From Toensbergia leucococca (Eukaryota), in contig JALDZS010000173.1 in the NCBI GenBank assembly GCA_022813965.1, positions 1 to 49,916 of the forward strand: DNA of 49,916 nt, given 5' to 3'. Position 1 is the stretch's first letter, and each line of letters opens with the position of its first letter. The notes beneath the pieces were generated by a model. The model was not told the DNA's origin and did not search any database. It saw only the letters and a list, made by a program, of their open reading frames with translations. The translations under genes were made by a program, and so were the position numbers. Of this stretch, positions 24,950-36,060 are shown in pieces.

Positions 24950-25880
24950 TTACACTGTTACTATAGGATGTTGAGCTCATATGACTTTAGAGTACATTGT
25001 ACTCATACAAGATGAATCATCATATTCACCTCAATGATCAGGTCTATCTGTACATAAATCTAAACTCATAAGATCTCAACACCTCATTTCAATATTCTGA
25101 CACCCTCCTCTCTATCACTACCTGACTAGGTAGGCAATAGTGCGCCTCAAGTGTGATGTAGCATAAGGAATTATCATGATTTCACACCACATTAGCACCT
25201 TGATTCTCTGCCTCTATGCAAGCCATCTACTAATTTTATTTGCGTGCCATATAGAAACCAAATTACCTTGAAGAAAAAGCATGCTTTTGTATCACATTCT
25301 GCCTCAGTCTCCCTTACACTCAGGTGTAAAAACATCACAATTTCATGAACTTTCTGCCTTCTTTTAAAGTTACAAGATACTCTACCTCTAACCTCTCAAA
25401 GTGAGGCATTTTCCTCTGTGTATCTCTATCAAATGTCTGCTGTCATCTCCCACTCAGAGGTCAATTGACGACTTCTGTAGTACGGTCACAGGGGTAAGCA
25501 ATGATCATGATGGTTTTGTGTCTGAGAGTGAGGAGAATTAAGTTAACATGTAATACAAAAGCATGCTTTTTCTCTGAGGTAAATTGCTTTCAGATGGTAT
25601 GTGAATAGAATAAGTAAATGACTTGCATAGTGATAGAGAATTGAGGCAAGATGTGAAGTAGAATGATTGAATTTCTCTCAGTGATCATGCCCCTCAGAGA
25701 GGGGGAAGCCTTCACCTATCAGAAAGGGGCATTCATGTATTAGAAGCCTTATTGTATTAGGTTATAGTATATCAAAACGTCACAAGGGATTTTTAGAAAT
25801 CAAATCACCTCTAATCACTGCATGTAACAACACTAATAAAATCCAATTATTTTCCCTCAATTCTCATGCTTCTCATCAAA
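24950..25880. mobile_element. Non-coding long-inverted-repeat element, copy B (opposite orientation to copy A); ends approximate
   Basis: Imperfect ~180-bp inverted arms at ~25165-25340 and ~25500-25695 (AAAAAGCATGCTTTTGTATCACAT versus ATGTAATACAAAAGCATGCTTTTT). Homologous to 2100-3340; CpG-poor; no substantial ORF. Confidence 0.72.
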
Positions 25881-26023
25881 AAAACCCCTTTCCTAAAAGT
25901 AGCTGATATACTAAACGGTCTCATCCCTTCATCTTGTGCTTCCACGCAAGTATATCAAAACGTCGCAGATGATGTCAAAAAGTAAACGCCTCCGAAGCCT
26001 GCAGCCGGCCCCGGCATCAGATC

Positions 26024-27568
26024 TCATCCAACATGAGGTATCCCGGCGGACCAAGTCGTCACAAACGCCTCCGGAGGGAGAAAGAACAAAGATCGGAATA
26101 TCTCCACCATGAGGTATAATCGGGCTAGGACGTAAGCAGCGATGCTGACAACATAAAAAGAGAACACGATGAAATTTACTAGCCTTTTGAGAATTCCATC
26201 TTTGACATGAAAATCTACAAGACTAAGAAGGAAGAAAATGAGCGTGACTAATGCTGTGATTAGTGCTGCAATTCTCCACAGTAACATTTCAGTATGAGAG
26301 GGAAAGTGGAAATTCCAGGCTAGACAATGCAGAACACCAAAGCAAGAGCCAGCAATCACCACACCAACGTCAAGGACAGACTGTGTACCAGTCCCCCTCC
26401 ATATTTGAGCGTCATAGCGCTCGAGGTCATTTGGAACATGGCCCTCTCCATTCCCTTGATATACCGACCCGAACCAGCCTGTTCCCAGGTCTTCTCGTGC
26501 CATCAGATCTTTCATATACTTTGTATTCCCACTGATCTTGATATATGTAGGTACCTCGACGCCCTGCGGCTTTGACCAATTCAGCAGGTATGTGAGAAGC
26601 GCGCACACAGCAAATGCAAGCACCGCGACCTCGAGTTGCGTTATTGGCAGGTGCCTTGTAGCGCGTACTATACACTGTATGGTCATCCACAGGACCTGAA
26701 TTATAGCCGATCCCTTAACGAAAGCATCTCCCTTACTTCTACCCTCAATCTCCCTCAAAGATATAGATGGCAACCTTGAAATGAGCCCCGATTTCCGAGC
26801 TTCTATTAGTGTTCTCGCTATGAAAGTGAGAGTTCTCTGAGAAGCTTCTTCAGCAGTTTCTGTAATCATCGCTTCGCTTTCAGGGTCAACAGCCTGGGTG
26901 TGACCCTCACTTTTAGGTCGTTCAAGAGAGTTGTTCGTTCTTCCGCCACTAGCAACGCCCCTTATGTTGCTTTGACTGACTAAGGTTCCGTCTTGACTTG
27001 CTCCTTTCTGAGCTGCAGCACTGTTCCGCTGATCAAAATTTGAATGTGAGGCGGACGTCGACTCGATCCTAGCAACAAAGCCTCCCATGTTTGCGTAATA
27101 TGCATGGGCCAAAGACCATTCCACCCCATCTTTTTCAGCCATCTGCCGCATCCGGTTTCTATAATGGATCGCGAGTACCAAATCCTGCAATGCCTTGCCC
27201 ACTAAAAATTCTGGAACCAGTAATGTCGTGAGCACCCATTTCGTCTTGTACCATACACCGTTTATGGACCACCGCAATGCCTCCCGGAAATTTTTCCTTT
27301 CTCTCCTCCGCAAAAGTGCCCACAAGAGCCCTGGGACTTCCTCGGGTTTCTGGTCTGGAACATTGAGATGCTGGATGGTCCAGGTGCACAGAAGCAAAGT
27401 GAATATCGAGCTCCACAGGATATCCAAGGTCCCCCTTACACTAGGCGAAGAAACAAAATTGACTTGGGCTGGCGGACTAGCACAGTCTGGGCTGAAGGTG
27501 GTGCTAGCCGACGTGAGGCTGGCGGCCAAAATCGATAGTAGTTGAAGTCGAAAGGAGATGAAAAGCAT
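26024..27568 (-). CDS. Conserved fungal multi-pass membrane protein of unknown function
   Basis: Signal peptide from ATG 27568. Family motifs RGTLDILWSSIFTLLLCTWT..HLNVP, HAYYANMGGF, SKGDAFVKG...QVLW, LPITQLE, WSKPQGV, HCLAWNFHFPSHTE.LLWR. Intronless. Confidence 0.85.
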   Translation of the reverse strand: MLFISFRLQLLSILAASLTSASTTFSPDCASPPAQVNFVSSPSVRGTLDILWSSIFTLLLCTWTIQHLNVPDQKPEEVPGLLWALLRRRERKNFREALRWSINGVWYKTKWVLTTLLVPEFLVGKALQDLVLAIHYRNRMRQMAEKDGVEWSLAHAYYANMGGFVARIESTSASHSNFDQRNSAAAQKGASQDGTLVSQSNIRGVASGGRTNNSLERPKSEGHTQAVDPESEAMITETAEEASQRTLTFIARTLIEARKSGLISRLPSISLREIEGRSKGDAFVKGSAIIQVLWMTIQCIVRATRHLPITQLEVAVLAFAVCALLTYLLNWSKPQGVEVPTYIKISGNTKYMKDLMAREDLGTGWFGSVYQGNGEGHVPNDLERYDAQIWRGTGTQSVLDVGVVIAGSCFGVLHCLAWNFHFPSHTEMLLWRIAALITALVTLIFFLLSLVDFHVKDGILKRLVNFIVFSFYVVSIAAYVLARLYLMVEIFRSLFFLPPEAFVTTWSAGIPHVG

Positions 27569-27978
27569 GATGAAAGACTGCACGAGGTATAGGTATATAA
27601 GACTAAAGACTGCGGATAATGAAGGAAGGAGACTGTCTCTAAGAGTTTGAATACGAACAATGATCTTCGAGGACTCGACTTGCATGACGAGGCTGTGAGG
27701 CTGAAGCAAATTTTAGCGTAGAATATCCTATTCTAGAATAGTACCGAGTACGGATATTCGGGACTGAATTCTCCGTACAGCCATATATCCAATTTCCTTC
27801 TCTCTCTCATACTGCTATTTCTTGTTGCTTCATCTGCTTCGCATTTTGTCTCAGATCTGTTTCTACCTGAACAGTGCCTCGCTGTTCTCCTATATAAGCG
27901 CCGCTAGAATGTTTGTTTAAAGTCGTATATCTACACGACCAACCTCGAGACCACTCTCAATCCTACATCCATACCAAA

Positions 27979-29472
27979 ATGCCCGACACCTATCACGCCA
28001 TTGAAGCCCGAGTCTCCCAAGCAAAAGACGCCTACCTTCAACGCTCCTACCCAACAATCACCGCCGCCGCAAGAGCCTATGACGTCCCATGCGGTCGCCT
28101 GCAACGTAGAGTAAGAGGGGGGAACTCAAAGTCCACCAAACCTAGTCATCGCGCCCTGACAGAAGAGCAGGAGCAAGCTGTTGCCGACTATATTGGCCAG
28201 CTTGAGGGCGTAGAGACCTGGGCTAGGCTTCCGACAATTCGAGATGTGGCGAACCAAATGTTGAAAAAAGCCCGCTCGGATCCATCGGCCGAAACTCGCA
28301 TTGTTGGCGAGTGTTGGCCAAGGCGTTTCCTGGCCCGGTACCCGCAGCTATTTGAGTGTGACAGAGGTGCTGTTGTGAGGGTGGATACAAATGGGACGAT
28401 TGCCAAGCCTTCGAGTTCTAGAAATAGAGGCAGAATGGCTACCCCGACACCATCTGATCCAGGTGATGTTGTGGAAAGAAGTCGTACAGAAATACGAGAA
28501 GAGGCGTATTCTGACCCTCCGATTGCTCCACCGTCGGCTACAGCTTCAACATCTAATCAAAGTGATAAAACAGACCTCATGGAAAAAATAAAAAGGTCAT
28601 ATCCCGAGCCTCTTGTCTTCCAACCATCCTCTCACCATACCCACACATTCATTCTCCTGCACGGCCGTGGCAGTAATGCAGACGATTTCAGCGACGAGCT
28701 TCTCAAATCTAGACTGTCCTCCCGCAAAACACTACAAAAGCATTTCCCCACCATGAAATTCGTCTTCCCTACAGCCAAGAAACGTCGTGCCACTATGTAC
28801 CAACGTATTCCCATCAATCAATGGTTTGACAACTACTCACTTGATGACCCCTCTCAGCGGGATGAACTTCAGATTGAGGGTCTGTGTGAAACGGCTGCAT
28901 TTGTGCGGGCAATCATCGAGAATGAAGCGAAGAGCGTGGGATATAGGAATTTGATTCTGGGGGGGTTGAGTCAGGGCTGTGCTATGGGGTTGCATGTGCT
29001 GTTGAGCTTTGAAGGAGAACATGAAGACAAGAGGGCATCGTTGGGAGGGTTTGTGGGGATGAGCGGATGGTTGCCATTCCGGAAAGATCTGGACGAGATT
29101 CTCAATCCTTTGGACGAAGACGAAGATTATGAAGACCCTTTCCTCCGCGACCCCGACGATGCCACTTCCGTGGACCAAAACCCAGCTACCCGCGCAGTCA
29201 ATGTCGTACGCGAGATCATGGATCTTGCTCCCCTCACTTCGCCGACACCTTCCTGTATATCTACTCCGGTATTCTTAGGCCATGGGACGGCTGATGAAAA
29301 AATTCCTGTGGCGTTAGGGCAGCAGGTAGTGGCCACTTTGAGAGATTTGAGGATGCAGGTTTGGTGGAGGGCTTATGAGGGACTTGGGCACTGGTATAAG
29401 GCGCCCGAGGAGATTGACGATATCGTCGCGTTCTTGAGCGAGAAGGTGGGTGTCTGTGTGGTTGGGGGATGA
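27979..29472 (+). CDS. Fusion of pogo/Fot1-type transposase DNA-binding domain (HTH_psq + CENP-B HTH) with a phospholipase/carboxylesterase (Abhydrolase_2)
   Basis: N-terminus TITAAARAYDVP..RLQRR..G, LTEEQEQAV..YI, IRDVAN, VGECWPRRFLARYP. C-terminus ILLHGRGSN, NQWFD, GGLSQG (Ser), GHGTADEKI (Asp), YEGLGHW (His). Single open frame. Confidence 0.85.
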   Translation: MPDTYHAIEARVSQAKDAYLQRSYPTITAAARAYDVPCGRLQRRVRGGNSKSTKPSHRALTEEQEQAVADYIGQLEGVETWARLPTIRDVANQMLKKARSDPSAETRIVGECWPRRFLARYPQLFECDRGAVVRVDTNGTIAKPSSSRNRGRMATPTPSDPGDVVERSRTEIREEAYSDPPIAPPSATASTSNQSDKTDLMEKIKRSYPEPLVFQPSSHHTHTFILLHGRGSNADDFSDELLKSRLSSRKTLQKHFPTMKFVFPTAKKRRATMYQRIPINQWFDNYSLDDPSQRDELQIEGLCETAAFVRAIIENEAKSVGYRNLILGGLSQGCAMGLHVLLSFEGEHEDKRASLGGFVGMSGWLPFRKDLDEILNPLDEDEDYEDPFLRDPDDATSVDQNPATRAVNVVREIMDLAPLTSPTPSCISTPVFLGHGTADEKIPVALGQQVVATLRDLRMQVWWRAYEGLGHWYKAPEEIDDIVAFLSEKVGVCVVGG

Positions 29473-31011
29473 GAGAATGGGATACGTGTCAAAGAATTTG
29501 GTTCTTGTATTACGTGGAGCTACGCCGGAGTTCTGCGAATACTCAAATGAGGATTCGGAATACAACAACAGTACCGGTAAGTCTCTGGGCCAGGCTGCGG
29601 CAGATTGAGCAAAAGACAGCCAAGCGGTGATGCAAAAGTACCCCAAAGCCTAGGGTTCAGAGTTGGCGTGTCCCACCTCATCTCAACAGTCCCTTGACAA
29701 ATAACCCTTTCACCCAACCTCTGAGTTGAGGCCCTCAGGAAATTGCTCTTCCAGCCCCAGCAGCTTCCCTGCTAATATCTCCCCTCATCGGAACTACCAA
29801 ACCTGTCACAGATCTCCACCTCTTCAAGGTCTCCGAAACCCTCTATCGCTTCCCATCGCACGCACCAAGATCTCTGTCTTAGACCCCCTTCCCTCGAATC
29901 AAGAAGTCCGCAAGTGCAACCATCTTAGAACCATCCGCGATAGAAGTCTATCTCATGCAACACCACTGCTTGCAAGAGGTGAAATCCGCGGGCTTCATCC
30001 CCCCGGGAACTCGATCATTTTGACCTGTTAAGTCTTAGGATGTCATTCATGAAGACGGAGCTTATGAATCCTCATGCCACCCCGTAGGATATCACCATGA
30101 AGCTATGCCAGGTTCGAACCGTTTTGATCTATCACCCTCCGGTCTCCCTTTCTGTATCGCAGTCCTACACGAATCCGAGTGCGTAATCACGCTTTGCACT
30201 TGCCAGAGAGAACAGAGGTCGGAGTTCCAATCAATCTGCGCCGGTACCAAGTTTAAGAATGGACCAAGGGAAATTGCATGATCAGCTTAGTAGAGTTGCA
30301 TTGTTATTATATTGTCACAAAAGCTTTTATACTCCCTATTTTCTTTTCCCAATCATGTGGTATATATATAGAAGAAAGTGAAGAAATATGAACTTCGTGA
30401 AAAGAGGAATGTTGCTAGATTATAATGTTGTGTGAGATCTGAGTCAATTGAGCTAGATGCTGAGTCTGCAGAATTATAAAACATAAGACAACATAAAAGC
30501 ATACATCCCAGTCCCAGCCCCAGTCCTGAGATAAAATGACGGCTGATCGTTTAGTGAGAAACATTTTTTCTCCCTGTGGATGGGATTGGGGTGGTAAAGA
30601 ACGGCGAGCTTAGCTTGTGCATCTCCGTTCTGGCGAAGCGGTGTGTGCTTCTGAGATGTTCTTTGTTGGAGGGGCTTTTGTAATGGGAGGGGAATGTTGC
30701 ATGCTTGAAAAGGTTCTGTCAGTTTTTTGCTTGATTCAGAGCGTGGGCTGGTTGAAAGCATCCAATGTCCTGGCAGGGGTTCCGTTCCAGGGGCCAGCTA
30801 GGTTGCCAGGAATGCCAGGGTGGCGAGGTCCCCGAATCGCCGACGTCATTAGAATACCTAACGTTCCAGCATTGATGATTCAAGGGATTACAATTAAAAG
30901 CCAACTACCTACCCTCTACCTTACCTCGCTCACATCTCAATCCGCAATTCAAGAACAGAACCAGCCACACCAGCAGCATTCCTCACAAATCCAGCCCAAA
31001 GCTCCCCAAAA

Positions 31012-31317
31012 ATGTGTAAAAAAGGCACCTGCACCACCTGCCGTACGTCCTCCCTCCCTCTCAATCCCTCCCCTCCTTTCCCCAAAATCCCCCCTCATCC
31101 CTAATTATGAACGCCCATCAGCCCCCATAGTCCCTCCAACTTATATGCTCTGGGCCTTCCATACTGATTCGCAACAGACAAGATGTCCTGGTGGGGTTGC
31201 GGCCAGCATGTCCCTAGCGTAATGGACCCCATCGCCGAAGACGACCGCTGCACCTGCGAGCCCAAAATCGAGCGCGATGGCAATCAATATCCTCCTATGG
31301 CTGCCAAGGCCGACTGA
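31012..31317 (+). CDS. 56-aa Cys/His-rich micro-protein (putative Zn-binding), 2 exons; absent from the ORF track
   Basis: Exon 31012-31042, intron GTACGT...CTGAT..CAG (31043-31177), exon 31178-31317 give MCKKGTCTTCHKMSWWGCGQHVPSVMDPIAEDDRCTCEPKIERDGNQYPPMAAKAD. Confidence 0.85.
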
Positions 31318-32439
31318 CTCCCAGCCTGGCTGTGCCGCGTATTTTGGCCAGAGAACGGCTGATTTGATGGTGCGGAGGACCGGATACTGGCGCAAGAGGC
31401 TGCTTGGGCTAGCAATTAGCTGTGGAATTAGATGATCGGGTTTATGAGTCAGAGGAGTTGTGAGATTTGGTGGGGTTAGGGTGATGTGGGATGAGAGAAA
31501 TGCGTGCCTTTTTCGTTTTCTCTGCATTCGTTTGGGGGGAGTTGCGTTCTTGTGATTTTTGAAAAATTTTGAGTCTTTCTGTGCCGTGATTCAACGCTCA
31601 GCTTTCCATCTTGAGAACGCTGGATTGTCCTACTTTATGGCATGCCTTCAATCTATTTGCACACTAACATTATTGATTTTATGGTCCGTCGTAGAACCAT
31701 ATGAACGACCTACTTCGGATTTCTTCTGCACTTCTTCTGCCGATTCTCTACTAGCATTCGTTGGTAGGATGTAGATACACTCATAAGGCTTCAAAACATC
31801 ATGATGGTAGGGACAAGAAACGACAAGGCTGGTGATGAAGAGAACAACAGTCACACTCGCATCGCCGCCCGCCGCAATAAGCTGACGGCGCCCAGTGAGA
31901 TCGGACTAGGCGGGTTGGCCGCTCGGAAGCGCTCAAGAAGTTCCCCTCACAGTGATACAGGGATAGTGAGATGGGGCTTTGGCATGTTTCAGAAGTTCAA
32001 GACGATGCGGTTCGGCTGAGAAAGAGCTGGAGGCTGGAGATTGAAAGCCGGTGCTGACGGTCTTCTCTGCAATTGCTTCGTCCCGGAACCTTTTTACATT
32101 GCTCGGCCATACAGTCATGATAGTCAGCAAGGTATCAAAGTTTTATTAAATTTTGTATGGGCTCTTTGCTGATCAAGCTCCGCTAGGCTAGGCTCTTTGA
32201 ACCGTACAATTTTTGACCGCAGGATTGAACTCAATGTGATGATTCTGCTTTTGTTCTCGTCAGAGGGCGGCGGAATACAATCTTGTGCTGCTTGACCATA
32301 AACTCTGAGAAAGTCCTGTGATGCTGAAAATCAAAAAGTTGTCACTATCACTGATCTGATTCACATTGCGTAGAGTTTCCGGGGGTGAGGGAACCCAGGT
32401 TCTCCCTCAACCATGCACCTAAAGTGTACATATGATTTA

Positions 32440-33660
32440 TAGTCGTCGCTGAGTATGCTGAACTCAATTGATCATGCTCATGAGTGTCTGAGAGGCCTGA
32501 TCATTGACTTCCTCTAAAACTGTTCAGCTTTATGTCTTCAATCAATGATTTCTCAATGAAATTATATTTTAGTGACATCAAGGCTGATGTGAGATTTTCT
32601 CTCATTTCAATGAGCTGATAAGCATTTAAGTCAGTTTCTTCATTGAGTGTCTGCATTAGATGATGAACTGATCTGATCAAACTTCTTACCTGATCAAATG
32701 TTAAATCTGATTTCAGTCAAGTTATTAAACTATTCTGACAAATTCATGCTTATATCACTATCTTTTACTCTTATACCTTGCTTACAATGACATATAATTC
32801 ACACTTTAACTTATACAGAGTATGCACACTACACTTTTATTCACGAAACAATTTTACCTTAACCTTATCTTTATCTGTCTCTTTACAGTCACTGTTTCTC
32901 TGACTTTAGGCTGTCAAGTTACTCTGCTTATTTATTAGCTTATTGTCTTAAATAATCTGATAAGCATTCTTTATGCTTGTCTTAAGAAACATCTCTGAAG
33001 TTATAGAGTAGATTGAATATAAAAGCTTCATTGAGCAGGGCAATTTTTAGTCTTTTAAAAGCAAAAGTCTTGACTATTAGATATCTTATGATGTTTACAC
33101 TCAGGTAGATAATTACTTACTATCTCTTCTTTATTAATAGAATCTTATGAGTCTTGCATTTAAATTTATAATAGCTCTAAAGGAATAATGATCACATTTA
33201 ATCTCTTATTACAGCAGAGAATTTATAAACAGAATCTGTGACATGACATGCACAAGAAATTGACAGAATCATTCTCTGCTAGTCATTAATATATACTTCT
33301 AATATTTTGCAGGTCTTAATTAATAGACATAGATAAGTGAGTGATTTTGTGTTGCATTCAGGCGCACTGAACCTCACATAGATTCTCTTAAGTAATGATT
33401 AAGATTAACTCTGTATTTATCTTCTCTTCTTTACTTTTCTTTATCTTCAGCCTCTTCAGCTTTAATCTATGTATTTTTGTAAAGTTCAGGTGAATTTAGC
33501 CTTAGTAAGAACAACAGAGTTTGTTGTGAGAAAGATGTGTTGGTGATTCTACATGTTATTCAAGTGTGTGAGCTATAGAGTATAAATGAAAGTATTTGCA
33601 GCAGAGTAAAGGTAAGTGATTAAAGTTACTTCAATCAGAGTATAATATAATCACTGCATC
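32440..33660. repeat. AT-rich, CpG-depleted degenerate tract, probable mutated transposon relic
   Basis: No ORF of 60 aa or more, only a handful of CpG in 1.2 kb, sharp compositional shift, abuts solo LTR copy 2. Family not identifiable. Confidence 0.55.
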
Positions 33661-33677
33661 TTGTCTCTTAATCCTTC

Positions 33678-33841
33678 TGTTACGGTGCTTTCTTAGGGCT
33701 AGGGTAGTTAGGTGAGGATAGGTGAGCCAGCAACCCTAAGTGGCTTGGCATCACCACGGTATATCTAGTGGTTTCGCGACTAGATAGCTATTCATCTTCT
33801 AATTACACCCAGAATTCGGAATCTCATAAGAGACCCTTACA
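33678..33841 (-). mobile_element. Solo LTR (164 bp), copy 2
   Basis: TGTTACGG...CCCTTACA is the reverse complement of copy 1; flanked by a perfect TSD CCTTC (33673-33677, 33842-33846). Confidence 0.9.
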
Positions 33842-34079
33842 CCTTCATTCTCTTCTATTCTCATTCTTTTAAACTCTTATTCTCTTACTCTTATATTCTT
33901 GATTCTCTATTCTTTGATTCATCAGATCTCTAACGGACTAATAATGTTTGCAGTTCATCTCAGATAATTTAATCTTAACAATTTATCTACTGCTTTATCT
34001 CTCTCAAACTCAAAATGACCGATTCTCAAATTCATAATATGAAGACACATGACTCATCTGGCGTAGATATCTTCGTTGG

Positions 34080-34950
34080 TTTCAATTCGGCAATTTCCCA
34101 ATCTTCCCCTCAGTCCATCACAGTCACGGCCCGTAGTCTTAGCAGGTCCGACTTGAACGCAACGGATCCCGCTAATCAAGTAGATGGTTCAGCGTCCCAG
34201 CTTGCTTTTCATGCTATGCCTTGATGTTGTTGAGTTGCTGATACGCTGCGTTTTACGCACAGCTTGGCGATAATCAATATCCATGACTCATCTCCTCCTT
34301 CATATACATCTTTCTCATCAAATAGATATCTTTCTCAGATCTTTAACCTTCTTTCACTTCATATTCATGTGTGTCTTCACCTTCACCCTCATCAGGGTGT
34401 GCTAAGATCAATTCCTTTAGCCTCAAAAAAATTGAACAAGTTCATATTATTGCGTTCTCTCTTCCTTTCTTGATATGAGTGTACGCTTTGCGGAGTTTCT
34501 TGACCAATTTCTTTGCCATCGTTGAGTCAGGTTCCTTGAGAAAGCTTTCGATGATCGAGTCGAGATAACGAGCTACGTCTATTGATACCAGATTCATTGA
34601 GTAGAATCCCTTGATCAGTGTTCGGTATTTAAGGGTTCCGCTACGTATATACAGTCGATGCATCTCATGCTGATCTCAATGATGTCAAATTAGGCTCAGA
34701 AGCTTTGGGATGCATCAAACACGATCTTGTCATTGGGTCCAATACTAAAACCTGAGGCGCTGCCACTGACTACCTCCCAGAGGTAAATTAAAAGGGCGGA
34801 AGGCCCCCCAACATCCACGTCCTCAGTCAAAAGGCGCGAGGAGTGGGCAACGCTGGCAGCGCCGCCACCTAGAACTAGCTGATGGCGCCAGTCAGGACGG
34901 ACTAGTCTTGAATCTATGAGATCATGAAATAGTTCTGTAGACACGTCTCT
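34080..34950 (-). pseudogene. Nucleotidyltransferase-fold (AbiEii-like) pseudogene split by a ~450-bp insertion
   Basis: LVLGGGAASVAHSSRLLTEDVDV fits the polymerase-beta G-G...DxD motif. Continues through stops to CIDCIYVAEPL (~34630) and appears to resume as GSVAFKSDLLRLRAVTVMD*G below ~34172. Confidence 0.6.
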
Positions 34951-35569
34951 TTTCTTTGACTTTCGCAATGACGTACCATAGTGCCGTTGTGATGACTTTT
35001 TTGTGGCCCATTGTTGATGAGGGCCAGCTCTATACAAAGCCAGTTAAGGATTCATGATCTGTGAAAATAGTCGAGGTGGTCGAACATTCAAAGAAGCACC
35101 AGAATCTTAGTAAAGTAGATCATGGCTTCGAGTTCGCTTTCAGGATATCTTTAAAGCATACTTCGCTACTGAAAAATTAATATACCGTTCTTTTAAATTC
35201 AGCTGGTTCTCTACGCTCTCAATCTCTCCGGATTCTTGACGGATTCAACCGGACCAAGTCTTATTTGCTTTGTCAAAATCATGGTTCTTGACGGGATTAC
35301 CACACGTCTGGATTGGTCTGTTCTTCGAAGCTATATCAACAGCTCATCAATCCCGATGACGGTGGAGCAGATGATAAGTCAGAGAGTACCGTGTCAGAGA
35401 TCAGACTCTGAGCTGGGGCTTGAATGATGATAGCGCCGCAGTGCAGTGGAGGTGTAGTATTTCTCTTATCAATAGAAATCCGTGTATTATATTGTAGGCG
35501 TCTGAGAGAGGCTCGTAGCCTCTTGCCAAATACAAGAATGAAAGTTAGTGAAGTCGCTTTACATAAGTT

Positions 35570-36060
35570 TCCATCTTGGAGACAGCGTATCTCTCGCTCA
35601 AACGATGATCGCCGTGGTAGATATTCAGTGCCTGTTTCCCGTCAAGGTTTTGAAGGGTGTAGACTTGTGTTCACCCCCATATCCAGTGACAGTAAAAAGG
35701 CCAGTATTTCATGGGATCAACTTTATAAGATGAGGTGTTGTGTCTCGCAGAAGGATAAGATCTCCAGGGTGAAATGATTTTGGTTGGACACCACTATCAT
35801 ACTATTGTTTCATTAGTCCTCTGGACTTCGCAAAATTCTCTAGTACATTTTCTTGACTTCCGTCCTGACTGACAACAAACCCCATACACTATGGAAATGC
35901 TCTTCGTCCGTGGGAAGTGGCTGTACGGTGTTCGACATTAGAGACTTTGCATTCACGATATTTCGTAGTTGTGCTGGGAGGGAATACTTTCGGACCACTC
36001 CTTGGACCATACCGTTTGTCGGCGGGTCATTACTCTGTACTGCCGCTATGGTTCCCATTC
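35570..36060 (-). mobile_element. Ty3/gypsy integrase C-terminal remnant
   Basis: Minus strand reads FHPGDLILLRD..IKLIP*NTGLFTVTGYGGEHKS...IYHGDH, a degenerate GPY/F module with a stop and a frameshift. PPTNGMVQ upstream resembles the integrase core end. Confidence 0.65.

Noticed and set aside
30095..30130. GGTTCGAACC B-box/T-loop-like motif suggesting a tRNA or SINE
   Set aside because: No acceptor stem, D-arm or A-box could be built around it.
30617..31527. 201-aa (+) and 128-aa (-) ORFs
   Set aside because: They run through the promoter and intron of the better-supported spliced micro-gene.
32385..32412. GC-rich hairpin as a Helitron 3' end
   Set aside because: Imperfect stem with no CTRR terminus at the expected distance.
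2470..33841. The two LTRs as ends of one 31-kb element or giant transposon
   Set aside because: They are inverted and each has its own distinct TSD, so they are independent solo insertions.
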